A stretch of DNA of 64,000 nucleotides. Source: Azolla caroliniana. Lineage: Eukaryota > Plantae > Polypodiophyta. Numbering within the stretch: position 1 is the first letter of the stretch; each line of letters begins with the position of its first letter. The notes under the pieces were generated by a model, which worked only from the letters and a program-made list of their open reading frames with translations, ran no database searches and was not told where the DNA came from. This document shows, in pieces, positions 46,501-58,385 of this stretch. The DNA is taken from contig JBHGNT010000001.1 in the NCBI GenBank assembly GCA_043228905.1, positions 16,554,001-16,618,000 of the forward strand. The letters are read 5' to 3'. Made by a program: the position numbers and the translations under genes.

Positions 46501-49075
46501 TGGAATAGAATTGCAAAGGACCTCTTCAAGTGTGTATTATATTTCTTAAAGAATTCATTTGTTAAACCATCCCAACCAAGACTCTTACCATTCACAAGAT
46601 GAGAAATCACATTTTCTACCTCAACCTCTGATATATTTGCATCCAAAACTTTAGAAACCTCCATTGATACATGATTTGTAACTTCCTTCAAGAACACCCC
46701 TCGAGCATAATTAATAGTTTCATCAACATGAGTTTCTACATCTAACAATTGCTTATAATAATCCACACATTTTGTCACAATCATATGAGGATCCATAATC
46801 ATCATCCCATTTTCTTGTAACCGCACCACATTATACCTCTCATGTGATTCATGAAGGGCATGAAAGAAATTGTGTGATTGACAATTACAATCATCCACTT
46901 CTTGTCTCAACTTATGTAGTCTAGCTTGTTGATAACTCTTAACCTTCATATCACATAACGAGGTTGATAATATTTTGTGAAAAGCCAATAATTGCTCATC
47001 CATTGGCCAATAACTTAGTAAGGCATTACATCGTCCCAACAATGTAGCCAAAGCCTTTATTTTTCTTCTTCTCTTAAAGGCATTATATATTCCATAAAAT
47101 CTAGATAGCTTTTGCACATTTACAACAAATACATCCCAAGCCTCGAATCCAACGTCTTGAACATGTAAATTGAATTTCTCAATCAATTGACACATGTAAC
47201 CATGAAATACTTCATGGTCTAAAAAAGATGAATTAAAACGAAGAGGAGGTTGTCTTAAGAAATATTTAAATTGATCAACTGATTGATGTGCAAACTCAAA
47301 CACTAATGGAAAATGATCCGAAAGAACCAAATCATAAGAAATGGAAATATCCAAAATCTTTGGCAAGAAACAATCAGTATGCATAATATACATACAATCT
47401 AACCTACTCCAAGTAGATGTGTATTGTGCTAATCGAAAAGTATAACGTGGCTCATCACCATGAATCCAAGGCCACACATCACAATGTAGAACATCCATTT
47501 CTAATTGCTCCAAGATTGAGTTTCAGATCTTTTCATTATAGAATGCATAGAAGTTGATTGTGCTTCCTCACAACAAACATTAAAATCCCCCATCATTATT
47601 CCTGCTTGACCTTGCTTAAGAAGCGAAGCCAAATTTTGCCACAACAACTTTCGTTTTTGAGATAGATTTGAAGCATATACACCAACCAACCACAAAATTT
47701 GGCCTTCATAAGATATTTGTATAACCAAAAATTGACCAAAATCATCACTAAAGATAACTTGAGGACAAAACACATTTCTTATAAACATAACAACTCCTGA
47801 ATAATCACCTTTCACTTTTCCTGAATAACATAGCATATAACCCTTAGTGTTAACCACTAAACCTGCATTTTTATGTTCTTTATGCTCCACGGCACATAAA
47901 ACATCCCACTGATTGTGTAACAAAGCACTCCACACCTCATGCATATTAAATCAGGAACAAATCCCTCTTACATTCCATGTTGTCACCTTCATACTTTAGC
48001 CTTTCCTTTAGATGAGGGAACCTGTTTTTCCCTCTCAGTCAATGTATCTGCTAAATCTTGAAAAAATTCTCCTAAGATTGCAAACGAATTTTGATGGGAA
48101 GGGAATCCTGACACACTTGATCTATTCCCTTTGTTATGTTGTACTTGAGTATGCTTATTCCAAGGGAATTTGCAAACGAACAACATGAACCAAACTCCTA
48201 CCATAGAAAATTGGCAACCTAGCAAGTAATGTTTCTTTATTCTCACTTGAATTCAATACCACCGCATAGAAACCACGTGGGCCAACATACACATCCTCTA
48301 CACAATCCCCATGCAAGACACCACGCAGCCATTGTTTGACCCAATGAAGGGCAGGTATTTTGCCAATAAAAAAAAGTATCACTTCTCTATCATAAAATGC
48401 AGAAAAAGATGACAAATACTCTTGTGTATCCACCTCAACCTTAAAAATATCTTCTACATCAAACTCTAAAGCAATTTTAGCATTTTGTTTCATGCAATCC
48501 TCCATCAAAGCATTAGCCATGCATTTCAAATAATCCCAGTGTGCATCATCTTAAAAGTTAACATCACTACGCATTGCATCAACATATGACATGTTAACCT
48601 CGTCTTCCACACATTTGGGTCTTTTCATTGCATTGCTTACATCTTTATCAGTAATCTGCGGAACCATTGATTTTGACGTCCCTTGTATATCCATTGACAT
48701 TGACGTACATGTATCGAAAGTAGGCAGTAATAAAGACATACCAGGATTTATATTGTTTGTTATAGCCATCGAGTGTAAACCACCATAGAATCAGGTCAAT
48801 CTTGGTAGGAAGCCCCCAAGAGAGGATGAACTCTATCTTTACCGGCAGCCCCAAAGCCCGCAACAGTAATTTGAGCACTGCTTCACGCTCAAAAATCTGT
48901 TCACAACGTGCTATATCTCGTTAGAAAGGAATCCAAAAGAGCTTTCCAACGATTATTTGCACGCGTGATTCTGATAAACAGAACAAAAGATATGAACAAA
49001 ATGCTCAGCTGCACTCCTCCTCCTATCAAGCTTCTCCTCTCTTCTTCCTCTCTCTCTCTCTCTCTCTCTCTCATA
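43583..49075 (-). mobile_element. Near full-length decayed L1-clade LINE inserted in the 5' LTR of element J
   Basis: ORF1 fragments 47989-48769 (DUF4283-like). ORF2 from 47992: TWNVRG, GDFN, SRLD..SDH endonuclease; RT LDLEKAYDHVNW, SVRQG, ADD; zf-RVT; ends 44163. A-rich tail at 43583-43606 and (GA)n at the 5' end. J LTR sequence resumes on both sides. Confidence 0.88.
44163..47992 (-). pseudogene. L1 ORF2 (APE endonuclease, RT, zf-RVT), frameshifted
   Basis: ORF pieces 47501-47944, 45951-47513, 45727-45999, 45151-45474, 44545-45015, 44456-44695 and 44163-44561. Confidence 0.88.
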
Positions 49076-51720
49076 CATGATAATTCTCATACATGAGAGC
49101 TTGAATGAGTGACATGGTTATCATGCATCACTTGTAATGCATGAACGCCAAATGGCAAACATGCATCACATGCATTTCATACATTACATGCATTGTATTC
49201 ATGTCTTGCACCCTCACATGCATCATATGCATGGGGGAATCTATAAAAGAGTGGAGGAAAAGAAAAGAAAACTAAGTATTGAATCAAGAAATTACTAACA
49301 AGAAATCTAATTATCTTATTGGTGATGGATCTTGTCTCTCAAAATTGAAATCTTTATCTCAATCTCTCTCTCAATCTGTCTCATAATTGGAATCTCTGTT
49401 TCTCTATCTTAAATACTTTCTCACTAAAGCTAGTACAACCTTTGAATCCTTCCAATCCCGGACCTCGGTGGTCCCGCTTCATTTCGTGAACACGTGAGGA
49501 TTTCCGCGACATCTTTCTTGGTGAACCGGACGTGAAGAAGCGGTTGGAAGGATCAAGACAAGGATCAATCGATACTTGGAGATGGCATTCTCAAGCAATC
49601 AAGCAGGAGAGTTCGAAAGGATGATGGCAATCGTTGAACAAATGATGAGATCTCAGGACAACGATGCGAGTGTGGAGAAGGTCGTCAACCATGTCGTGGA
49701 GATCGAGGGTCAATTTGATGGTAGGAACATTACGAAGTTCCTTGATGCATACAAAAGAGAGATGAATCAGAGGGAAGTGTATGAAGCACGTTAAATCTCA
49801 AGTTTCAAGAGAGTTATCACCAACAACATCCAAAGAAGGGAAGGGAAGGGAAGACAACATGGACCAAGTTCAAGAAAGCAATATTAGCGGAGTTCTTGAC
49901 GGAAGATTTGTCGAGGATGACTCGACATGTCTTGATGAAGTGGATAGAGAAGGGGTGTACGATGAGTTCGACCAGATGTATAGTCGTCTCCCCACCACAG
50001 ACCAAGTTCTACTTGAGGAGGACAAGACTTTGTACTTCCTAAAAGTTGTGGATATGAAGGATAGACGAGAACTGGGGACTCTCCTCGAAGATGACACCCA
50101 AGCGAACGGGTTTGTGGCAGATTGGACTGCGGTGAAGCAAGCATGCAACAGGCTCGACAAGCATCGTCAATGGGTTGATGACACTGATTTGGCAAGATTG
50201 AGCAAGGAGAAAATGAGAAAACCAAAAGTGGTTGAGCCGCCCAAACAAAGCAACCCGGAAGAAAAGAATATTGATGATGACATCATCGAAGAGTTGGCGA
50301 AGAAGTTCATGATGGTCACGTTAGCAAACATGAATCTTCGGGGCCCCAAAGGAAAAGAACCCTTTAGATGTGTGTGGTGCAACAACACGGAGCACATGAG
50401 AAGGGAGTGCGTGAGCCTTCGAGAGAATATTGTATACATGGATGACAACATGATCTGCTCGAGTGAAACTCGAAGACCCTTGCGGGTGAATTTCGGAAAA
50501 GGGGGAATGAAGAAAGCAATGGAAGATGTTGAGGCGAGTCATGTGGATGCAATGCACTATGCTGCATCGGCTAGAATAAGAGTTGGAAAAGACAAAAATG
50601 AAGTCGCTAGAACAGGAACAAAGTTTTGGTCTACTATTCTTGAGTATGAGAAGAAGGGGAGCGTTACTTCGAACGAAGTAGAGCTTGCAGACTGAAGTGT
50701 GCAAAGTATAACCAGATGGTCGGATCCAATGGATGACAACACCATATTCATGGAAGTGATGTGTGACAACCATGAGGTATTCGTGGATGAAAAGAGAAAA
50801 AGAATGGAAGGGCAAGATAGCCCATCAAAAAGACATGATACAAGGAGCATGAAAAAGAAAGAAGATGCAGAAGCAAGTCGAGTTTTACGAGCAGAGGATG
50901 GAGACTCAAGCTAGAAAGGGGAATTGAGCAAACGAGTCGAAGAATCTGTTCGGCCCGTGAGGGTTGATGTCGAAGACCCCGTTCGGAAGACAAGAACTAT
51001 GCCTACCTATAAACTAAGGTCGGACATAGAATAGACGACAGACTTGAAGAAGATTCTCGAGGAACGTGTTCTTGATAGCCACGTGACCTTGTACTTAAGG
51101 GAATTTCTTGGCATTACGAAGGAGTTCCATGATACAATCGTGGACCTCGTGAAGAGAAAAAGGCAACAGTCAGACGAGGAAGAAGAGAAGCCACTAAAAG
51201 CAAAAGTGAAGGCCATAATGATGGCAAGGGATGAAGTCGATGAAGATATGGTGGGCAGTCACTATACTCGGCCTCATTGGGCGTGAACGACGACGGAGAC
51301 ATCAGTAAAGTTGGGAGAGAGAAAAGAGACAGTCATAGCTTTAATAGACCATGGGTGCGAGATCAACCTTATGTCGACTTAGGTCTACAAAAAGGGATGA
51401 TGGCCCATAAATATGAATCATGGGTGGAAGATCCATGCGGCAATGAAAGCTATCAAAGACTTGTATGGGGCATGTCCTAATATCCCCATCACGATTGGCG
51501 ATGTCGAGATAGATCAACATTTTTTTGTTCAAGATTCGACATCCCATCCCATCATTCTTGGGCAACCATACATAACTTTGTCCCGAATGGAAACCAAAGT
51601 GTTTGACAATGGTGCGGCATTTGCTTGAGTAAGGAGTCTTGATGTAAAGAAGGTCGTGTAGTTCTTGACTGTACGTGCCAACCACGAAAGGAATCGGGAT
51701 TGTCTCGGAGAAGATGCTTC

Positions 51721-51781
51721 GGATTTTTAGGAAGGAATATTTTCAAGAGGGGGGTGAATAGTCCAAACAAGCGTATGCCCC
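51721..51781 (+). promoter_or_regulatory. Predicted -1 frameshift signal between protease and RT (element J)
   Basis: G_GAT_TTT_TAG (51721-51730), 6-nt spacer, stem GGAATATT/AATAGTCC, G-rich loop and downstream CCCC. The -1 frame is the RT frame. Confidence 0.7.
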
Positions 51782-52791
51782 AAGAAGATAGAAAAGCTCA
51801 TGAATTTGCGATAGGAGGGTTGCATGTAGCCCCTAATGGAATGTGCAAAATCAGCACGTTTGACAAAGAAGAGAAGTCTCGAATGCAAAGCTTTGAGGAA
51901 ACTTTAAGGGAAGAACAAATATTGGAAAGAGATGAAAGAATCGAATGGGTAATGGAGGATGTTGTGGACTTGGGCCCTCGTAGCCAGTGATCAATTAAGA
52001 TAAACTCCATCGACATGTACGTTGCCATCGACGAGTATAGTCGAAGTATCATGTCAGAGAATGTCGAAGTGAATATGAAATACAAGACGATGGACAAGGA
52101 AGTGAAGCATGTTGCTATTCCACTACCTGAGGATAGATGGCAAAGAATGAAGGAAGTTGCACAGGATCCAAGCCTATGAGATCCGAGAGGAATCATACAT
52201 GCCTTCACTAAAGAGACAAGAGAGAAGCTTTGTATCGGGAAAGATGAATTTCTTTTGGCAGAAGAGGAAGTTGCATTTTGGAAAATGCTCGAAAGTTATG
52301 GGAAAGCATTTGCTTTCTATCCAAATGAAATCGAATGCGCCGATCCAAAGATAATAGAACCGATGGTGATATTCACAATACCACATGTACTGTGGAACCT
52401 AAAGTCGATACCGGTCCCAAGAGCACAAATTTTGAAGCTAGTCAAGCTCTTGAAAGAGAAGGTCAAGATGGGAATTCTAGAGCCGTCGGATGCTCCTTAC
52501 TTGAGTAGGTGGTTCATGGTACCAAAGAATAATGGAACCTTAAGGTTCATAAGAGATCTTCAACCAGTGAGTAAAGTGACGATCTGCGATGTCGGGATCG
52601 GTCCAAGTATCAATGAGTTTGTAGAAGCATTTACAGGAAGGTCCATTTATTCTATTGGTGATCTCTACTCAGGCTACGATCAGTTTCAACTAGTAGTCGG
52701 CAATAGAGACATCACAACAATGAGTACTCCAATTGGATTGGATTTCAACCAAGTCTGTAGCACACATGGTAAATGCCATGAACAAAGTACT

Positions 52792-55700
52792 TGAAAAGAA
52801 TGGCGTGCAGAAGCAATATAGGAAACCGAACAACAGAAAACACAGGTTTAATGGAAAGCTTAGGTTTGCACAGTACGCACGGGAGAGATAGAGAGAGAGA
52901 GTAAACACCAGAACTCTAATAGAAAATAATACTCAATCTGTACATACACTGTGCTTAGTGAGCACCTTTTATACAAGCCCTGACAATCGGGCTGACACAA
53001 GTACTGACATTACTTGACTGATCATAACTGAGCCTCGACTCTTACTCCCAAAACTATTCCTTACGAGGAATATCTCTCTAACGGCCTTTCGGTTTACGCA
53101 CCGATACAGCCTAACTACGTACTAGTCTGCGTACCAGTTTACGCATCCGTTTTATGCACCGGTCCGGCCTAACCGATCCAGTCCACGACTTGCTCAGCCT
53201 ATCTGGCCGATGTTGAGCTTGTCTCTCAACACTCCCCCTCAAGCTCAACTTGAGGCTCTTCGGGATCTTCCTGATCACCACTCCGGTTCCTCTTGGCTCC
53301 ACGCCTCGCTTGCGCTCCTCGGCTTGTTTGAGTCCGCGCGCTTCGACCCTTCCGGTCGGCTTGTCTGCTCCCACGGCCCTTCACAGCTCCCTTGTTGTCG
53401 CGGTGTTGGTGCTTCTCCTACTGCCTTCTTCTCCGCTTGGCCCTTGGTTGATTCAGTGTATCCGAATCAAACATACGAACCGACTCGGCTACCTTCGATT
53501 GGTTTTCGCTCTCGTCCGAGTTGGCTATCTCCAACTCGTCTTCGGTCTTCTTGCCCTTGACGACGTCATCTCCCCCATGCTTGGTTGGCTTCGGCTCATC
53601 CGTTTGGCTGCTCCCCTTATGTCTGCTTTTGGACTCTAATCCGCCCTCGGCTTCTTCAGCTGATCCGAAGTCGAATTCGTCATCCGACCCGGCGTCACGG
53701 TCTTTTCCGCTCCCTTCCGGCTCCCTTGCTCGGTCTTTCAAGACTATTCTCCCCCTCAAGTTTGGCATGTCGAGGTGACGCAACCCAAGCGCACCCGAGA
53801 ACCGCCGCAACTTGTCCAGAACAAGGGGCTTGGTGAAGATGTCGGCGGTCTGCTGATCCGTCGGAACATACTGAAGTTCGACTTCACTAGAAAGGACACG
53901 CTCACGGACAAAATGGTAGTGCACCTCAATGTGCTTGGTCCGTGCATGGAAAATAGGGTTCTTCGTGAGTTGGATGTTGCTAAGGTTGTCGCAGTAGATT
54001 GTCATCGGATCAGACACCTCCTCTTGCAGGTTCTTAAGTAGCCGCTTCAACCATATGGCTTCATGTCGCGACAGCTGCTCCTCTATACTCGGCCTCGGTG
54101 CTCGACAATGCAACTATCGGCTGCTTCTTGCTACTCCACATGAACGCAACACTCCCAAGAGAGAACGCGTATCCGAATGTGGATCGGCGATCGCCGGCGT
54201 TTCCAGCCCAATCAACATTGGTGTAGCCGACCAACTACGAGGCAATATCGGCCCAATATAGTAGCCCACGGTCCTTAGTGCCGCTTACATACCGCAGTAC
54301 GCGTTGCGCACACTGAAGGTGCTCCCCGGTAGGTCGCGCCATGAATTGACTAATCACCCCGACCGGGTAGCTGAGATCTGGTCGAGTGATGATCAAGTAT
54401 ATAAGGCTTCCGACTATTTGTCAAAACCTCGTTGGGTCGCAAACCTTTCCAGAGTTGGGGCGAAGCTTGACGGTTCTATCCAGAGAAGTCGAGACGGACT
54501 TACAGTCTGCCATCCCGAATTTGAAGAGCATATTCAATGCGTAATGACGTTGGCTGATCAGTATACCTTCGGGGGTGCAGATCACTTCGATCCCGAGGAA
54601 GTAATGAAGGTCCCCCAGATCCTTCATGTCGAATGATACCGCAAGCTAGAGCTTCACGCGGTCGATTTCATCTAGGTCGGCGCCGGTGATGACCAAGTCA
54701 TCAACATAAAGTAAAATACTAACCGGCCCAAGTCGACCTTTCCGGATGAACAGTGAGGAGTCCGATTTCGACGTCGCAAAACCCATCCGACGTAGTTGCT
54801 GCGTGATCTTCGCGTTCCAGGCACGCGGGGCTTGCGTTAGTTCGTAGAGGGACTTCTTCAATCGGCACACTGCCGAGGTGTTCGTTCCGGAGTGAAATCC
54901 GAGGGGCTGTACCATGTACACCTGTTCCTCAAGCTCACCTTGCAGGAACACATTCTTTACATCCATCTAATGTAAGTGCCACCCCTTTGCCGCAGCTACC
55001 ACGAGCAAAACACGGACGATCGTCATCTTCGCGACCGGTGCAAATGTCTCATCGTAGTCGATGTCGTGTTTTTGCGCGTAGCCTTTCGCTACTAACCGGG
55101 CCTTGTATCGGTTGACCGAGCCGTCAGTGTTGTACTTTACCTTGTACACCCACCTACATCCGATCGGCTTCACACCCTTCGGTGTGTCAACCAGGTCCCA
55201 GGTCTCGTTTTCCGCCAATGCGTGCATCTCTTTCTCCATTGCGGCGCGCCAATTCGCGTCCTTAGCCTCTTCTGCGTAGCTCTCCGGCTCACGCACTTCC
55301 GCTACACGGGTCATGTACGCATAATGATGCGCCATGTACTCGTTGTATCCGAACCGCACAACTGGGTTCTTCTAGCGGGTAGATCGGCATAATCAGTCAT
55401 TAGCCGATGTCGAGGTCTTCTCGGTCGACGCGGACTTCGCTCTTGAAGACCCCTCACCGCTTCCCTCGGAGTCGGACTCGCGTCGGTCTGACTCGTTCCT
55501 ATCTGTGCCGAAATCCGACACCTTCTTCTTCCCTTTCTCTTTGCACGTAAGCCGTCTCCTCAGCTTCCTGCGTGGGCAATGCACGACCGAGTCTCCACTA
55601 TTCGCCGGCTCTTCATCGGACCGGTCGAACCAACTCAGTCGTCCATTTGGTCCACTTAATGGAAACGAAATCGGACTCTCTTCACGGGTCCCGATTTCAG

Positions 55701-58151
55701 GCTCATTCGGAGGCATCTCGGCCTCGCTGACCTCATCGTCAGAACTCGGATTGGAGGTGAGTCCCGGAGTTGGAGGCAAGTACCAGGACGCGGACTCGTC
55801 AAACACAACGTCGCGGCTCACGCGCACTTGTTTGGTGCGCGGGTTATAACACTTATAACCCTTCTGCTCGTCCGAGTAGCCGACCAAGATACATTTCTCG
55901 GACTTTGCATGCCGCTTCCTCCATTTCTCCTTTGGCACATGCACATACACAATGCTACCGAAAACTTGTAAGTGTCGCAAGTTCGGCTTCCTTCCGAAAT
56001 ATAGCTCATGCGCCGACACTTTGTCTCCGATCCAATTCTGGATGTATACCGCGGTTCGTACCGCCTCGGTCCAATAGAACTTGGGCAAGCTCTTTTCTTC
56101 TAGCATTTCCCGCTCCGCTTCCACAATCGACCGATTCTTCCTCTCGGCCACGCCGTTTTGCTCCGGCGTGTATCTACAACTGAATTCGCGCGAATTCCCA
56201 TATTTTGTAGATAACCGTTGAATTGACCGGAAAAGTATTCTTTTCCACCATCCGACCGCAGGCACTTGATCTTTCTTCCTGTTTCTGTTTCCACGAACCC
56301 TTTGAGGTATCGGAAACAGTCGAAGACTTCGCTCTTCCTCTCAATGAGGTAGATCCACGTGTGCCGCGTGTAGTCGTCGATGAAGGAGACGAAATATCAG
56401 TTCCCGCCAAGACTAACGTTTTGTGCTTGCCCCCACACATCGGAGTGTATCAAGTCAATCTTGTTCCGGCCCCAGTTACACTCATTGGGGAAAGGAAGTC
56501 GGTGTTGCTTCCCAAGTTGGCAGGTTGCGACTACTCCTGGTTGCGTCGGTTTCTCAAGGTATGAGAACCACTCCTTGTGGCACGTCATGTGATTTGACAC
56601 GCCTGAGTCGATGTACCATACCTCGTCCAATTTCGGGGAGGAGTTCTTCATCGAGTTTGCTTCGTGTCTCGTCACGAAGGCTGACCCTTTTTCGGCTTCT
56701 CCGAATCCTTTGGCGTAGTGCGATAGCTGCCGGTTTCCTCTGCTGGTATGTCCGGAACCAGATCCGGAACCGGTCCTATCCGACTCGGTGCGCTTTTTCC
56801 AGCACTCGCTCTCCCTGTGGCCTTTCTTGCCACAGTACCAGCATTCCGCAACGGATTTCCCATGCCGGTTCTTGTCGCCTCGATTCCCCTTGTTTCCGGA
56901 GGGTCCGGAATTGCTGTCGGCATCACTTCGGTGCCTTCTTCCTTGATCTTGACGGCCGCCTCCATTGTGCACCAACTCGCCTCGTCCTCCACGTCCACGG
57001 GGCCTATCTCCCTCCGTGTACAACATCTTGCTGTCGGTGTGCGTGCTCGTTGACGGACCCGCATGGTTCTCCTCTACCAGGAGCATCGACTGTAAGTCGA
57101 AAAAGGACGATGTATTCTCCCAGGTACACACAACAGTTCGGAACGCCTCGAACTTCGACGCCAAAACCCCGAGACTGACCTAGACCATCTCGGTTTCCTC
57201 GATGTTCACATTGTTGGAAGCTAAGGAGTTGCATATATCCTTGATCTTCGAGGTATAGTCAGCCATCGACAAATCACGTTGTTGTAGGTTGCTCAACTCT
57301 TGTCGGAGCTGAAGCTTCCTAGCTGTGGTGCTCGCGGCGAAGGTCTTCTTCAGATTTTCCCACGCACCCTTCGGCGTTTTTGCATCCCAAAAGTAACTTA
57401 ATAGCTGTTCGCCCACACAAGACGCGAAACAGTACAACACTCTGCTCGCCGATTGTTCCCACGCCGGGAAGTCTTTGTGTGTCGATTCGGGTGCCGCTTC
57501 ATTTGCTCCTTCGACATAGCTCCAGTAACCGTGCCCAAGTAGGTACTGGTGCATCTTGTAGGACCAAGATGCGTAGTTGGTTTTGTCGAGCTTCTCCATC
57601 GGAAGTGAGCTAGCCATTCCTTTGTCCATTGGTTTTCTTGTTCTTCTTCATTGGTTTTTCCTTCAAGCAAAGTCGGCTGTAGAGGTTCTCAACCCTCGCG
57701 CTCTGATACCATGAAAAGAATGATGTGCGGAAGCAATATAAGAAACCGAACAATAGAAAATACAGGTTTAATGCAAAGCTTAGGTTTGCACAGTATGCAC
57801 GGGAGAGACAGAGAGAGAGAGTAAACACCAGAACTCTATTAAAAAATAATACTCAATCTGTACATACATCGTGCTCAGTGAGCACCTTTTATACAAGCCC
57901 TGACAATTGGGCTAACACAAGTACTGACATTACTTGACTGCTCATAAATGAGCCTCGACTCTTAGTCCCAAAACTATTCCTTACGAGGAATATCTCTTTA
58001 ATGGCCTTTCGGTTTACGCACCGATACGGCCTAACTACGCACTAGTCTGCGTACCAGTTTACACATCCGTTTTACACACCGGTCCGGCCTAACTGATCCG
58101 ATCGACAACTTGGTCAACCTATCCGGCCGATGTTGAGCTTGTCTCTCAACA
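52792..58151 (-). mobile_element. Element K: full-length decayed Copia with post-RNase H extension
   Basis: 440-bp LTRs 52792-53231 and 57712-58151; TSD GTACT; iMet PBS 57698-57711; PPT 53232-53243; gag from 57629, CWYCGKKGHRESEC, WYIDSG, INT, RT LYVDDL, RH. Confidence 0.95.
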
Positions 58152-58385
58152 GTACTAAGAGACTGCATCCTAGCATCACTCGTACATCTCGTACAGTAAC
58201 ACAATATAGCACACGAGTGGGAGAGTGCCTTGCACGTCGATCCCACATGCCTTGATCATTATCTTTCTTCAACCGGAATTTACATCGGTCCTCTCAACGA
58301 TCGACTCACTCGATTGGAGCGCTTGACATCTCAACATCTCCGTCGGTTAGCGAATCTTCATCGACATGGACATTTTGTAGAGAAA

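Larger units (their letters stand above)
43491..58175 (+). mobile_element. Element J: old Trp-primed Gypsy (split 5' LTR 43491-43582 and 49081-49511; PBS 49519-49536; gag-PR-RT 49576-52791; short tail 58152-58175) hosting the LINE and K
   Basis: LTR ends CGCGACA; PBS TGGTGAACCGGACGTGAA; GQFDGRNITKFLDAY; CVWCNNTEHMRREC; LIDHGCEIN; DLYSGYDQF; MNKVL|RDCI continues across K. Confidence 0.82.

Noticed and set aside
42398-49511. One LTR element with LTRs at 42398-43459 and 49081-49511 enclosing a captured LINE
   Set aside because: The first LTR has its own ACGT TSD and no PBS after it. The LINE sits inside J's own split 5' LTR.
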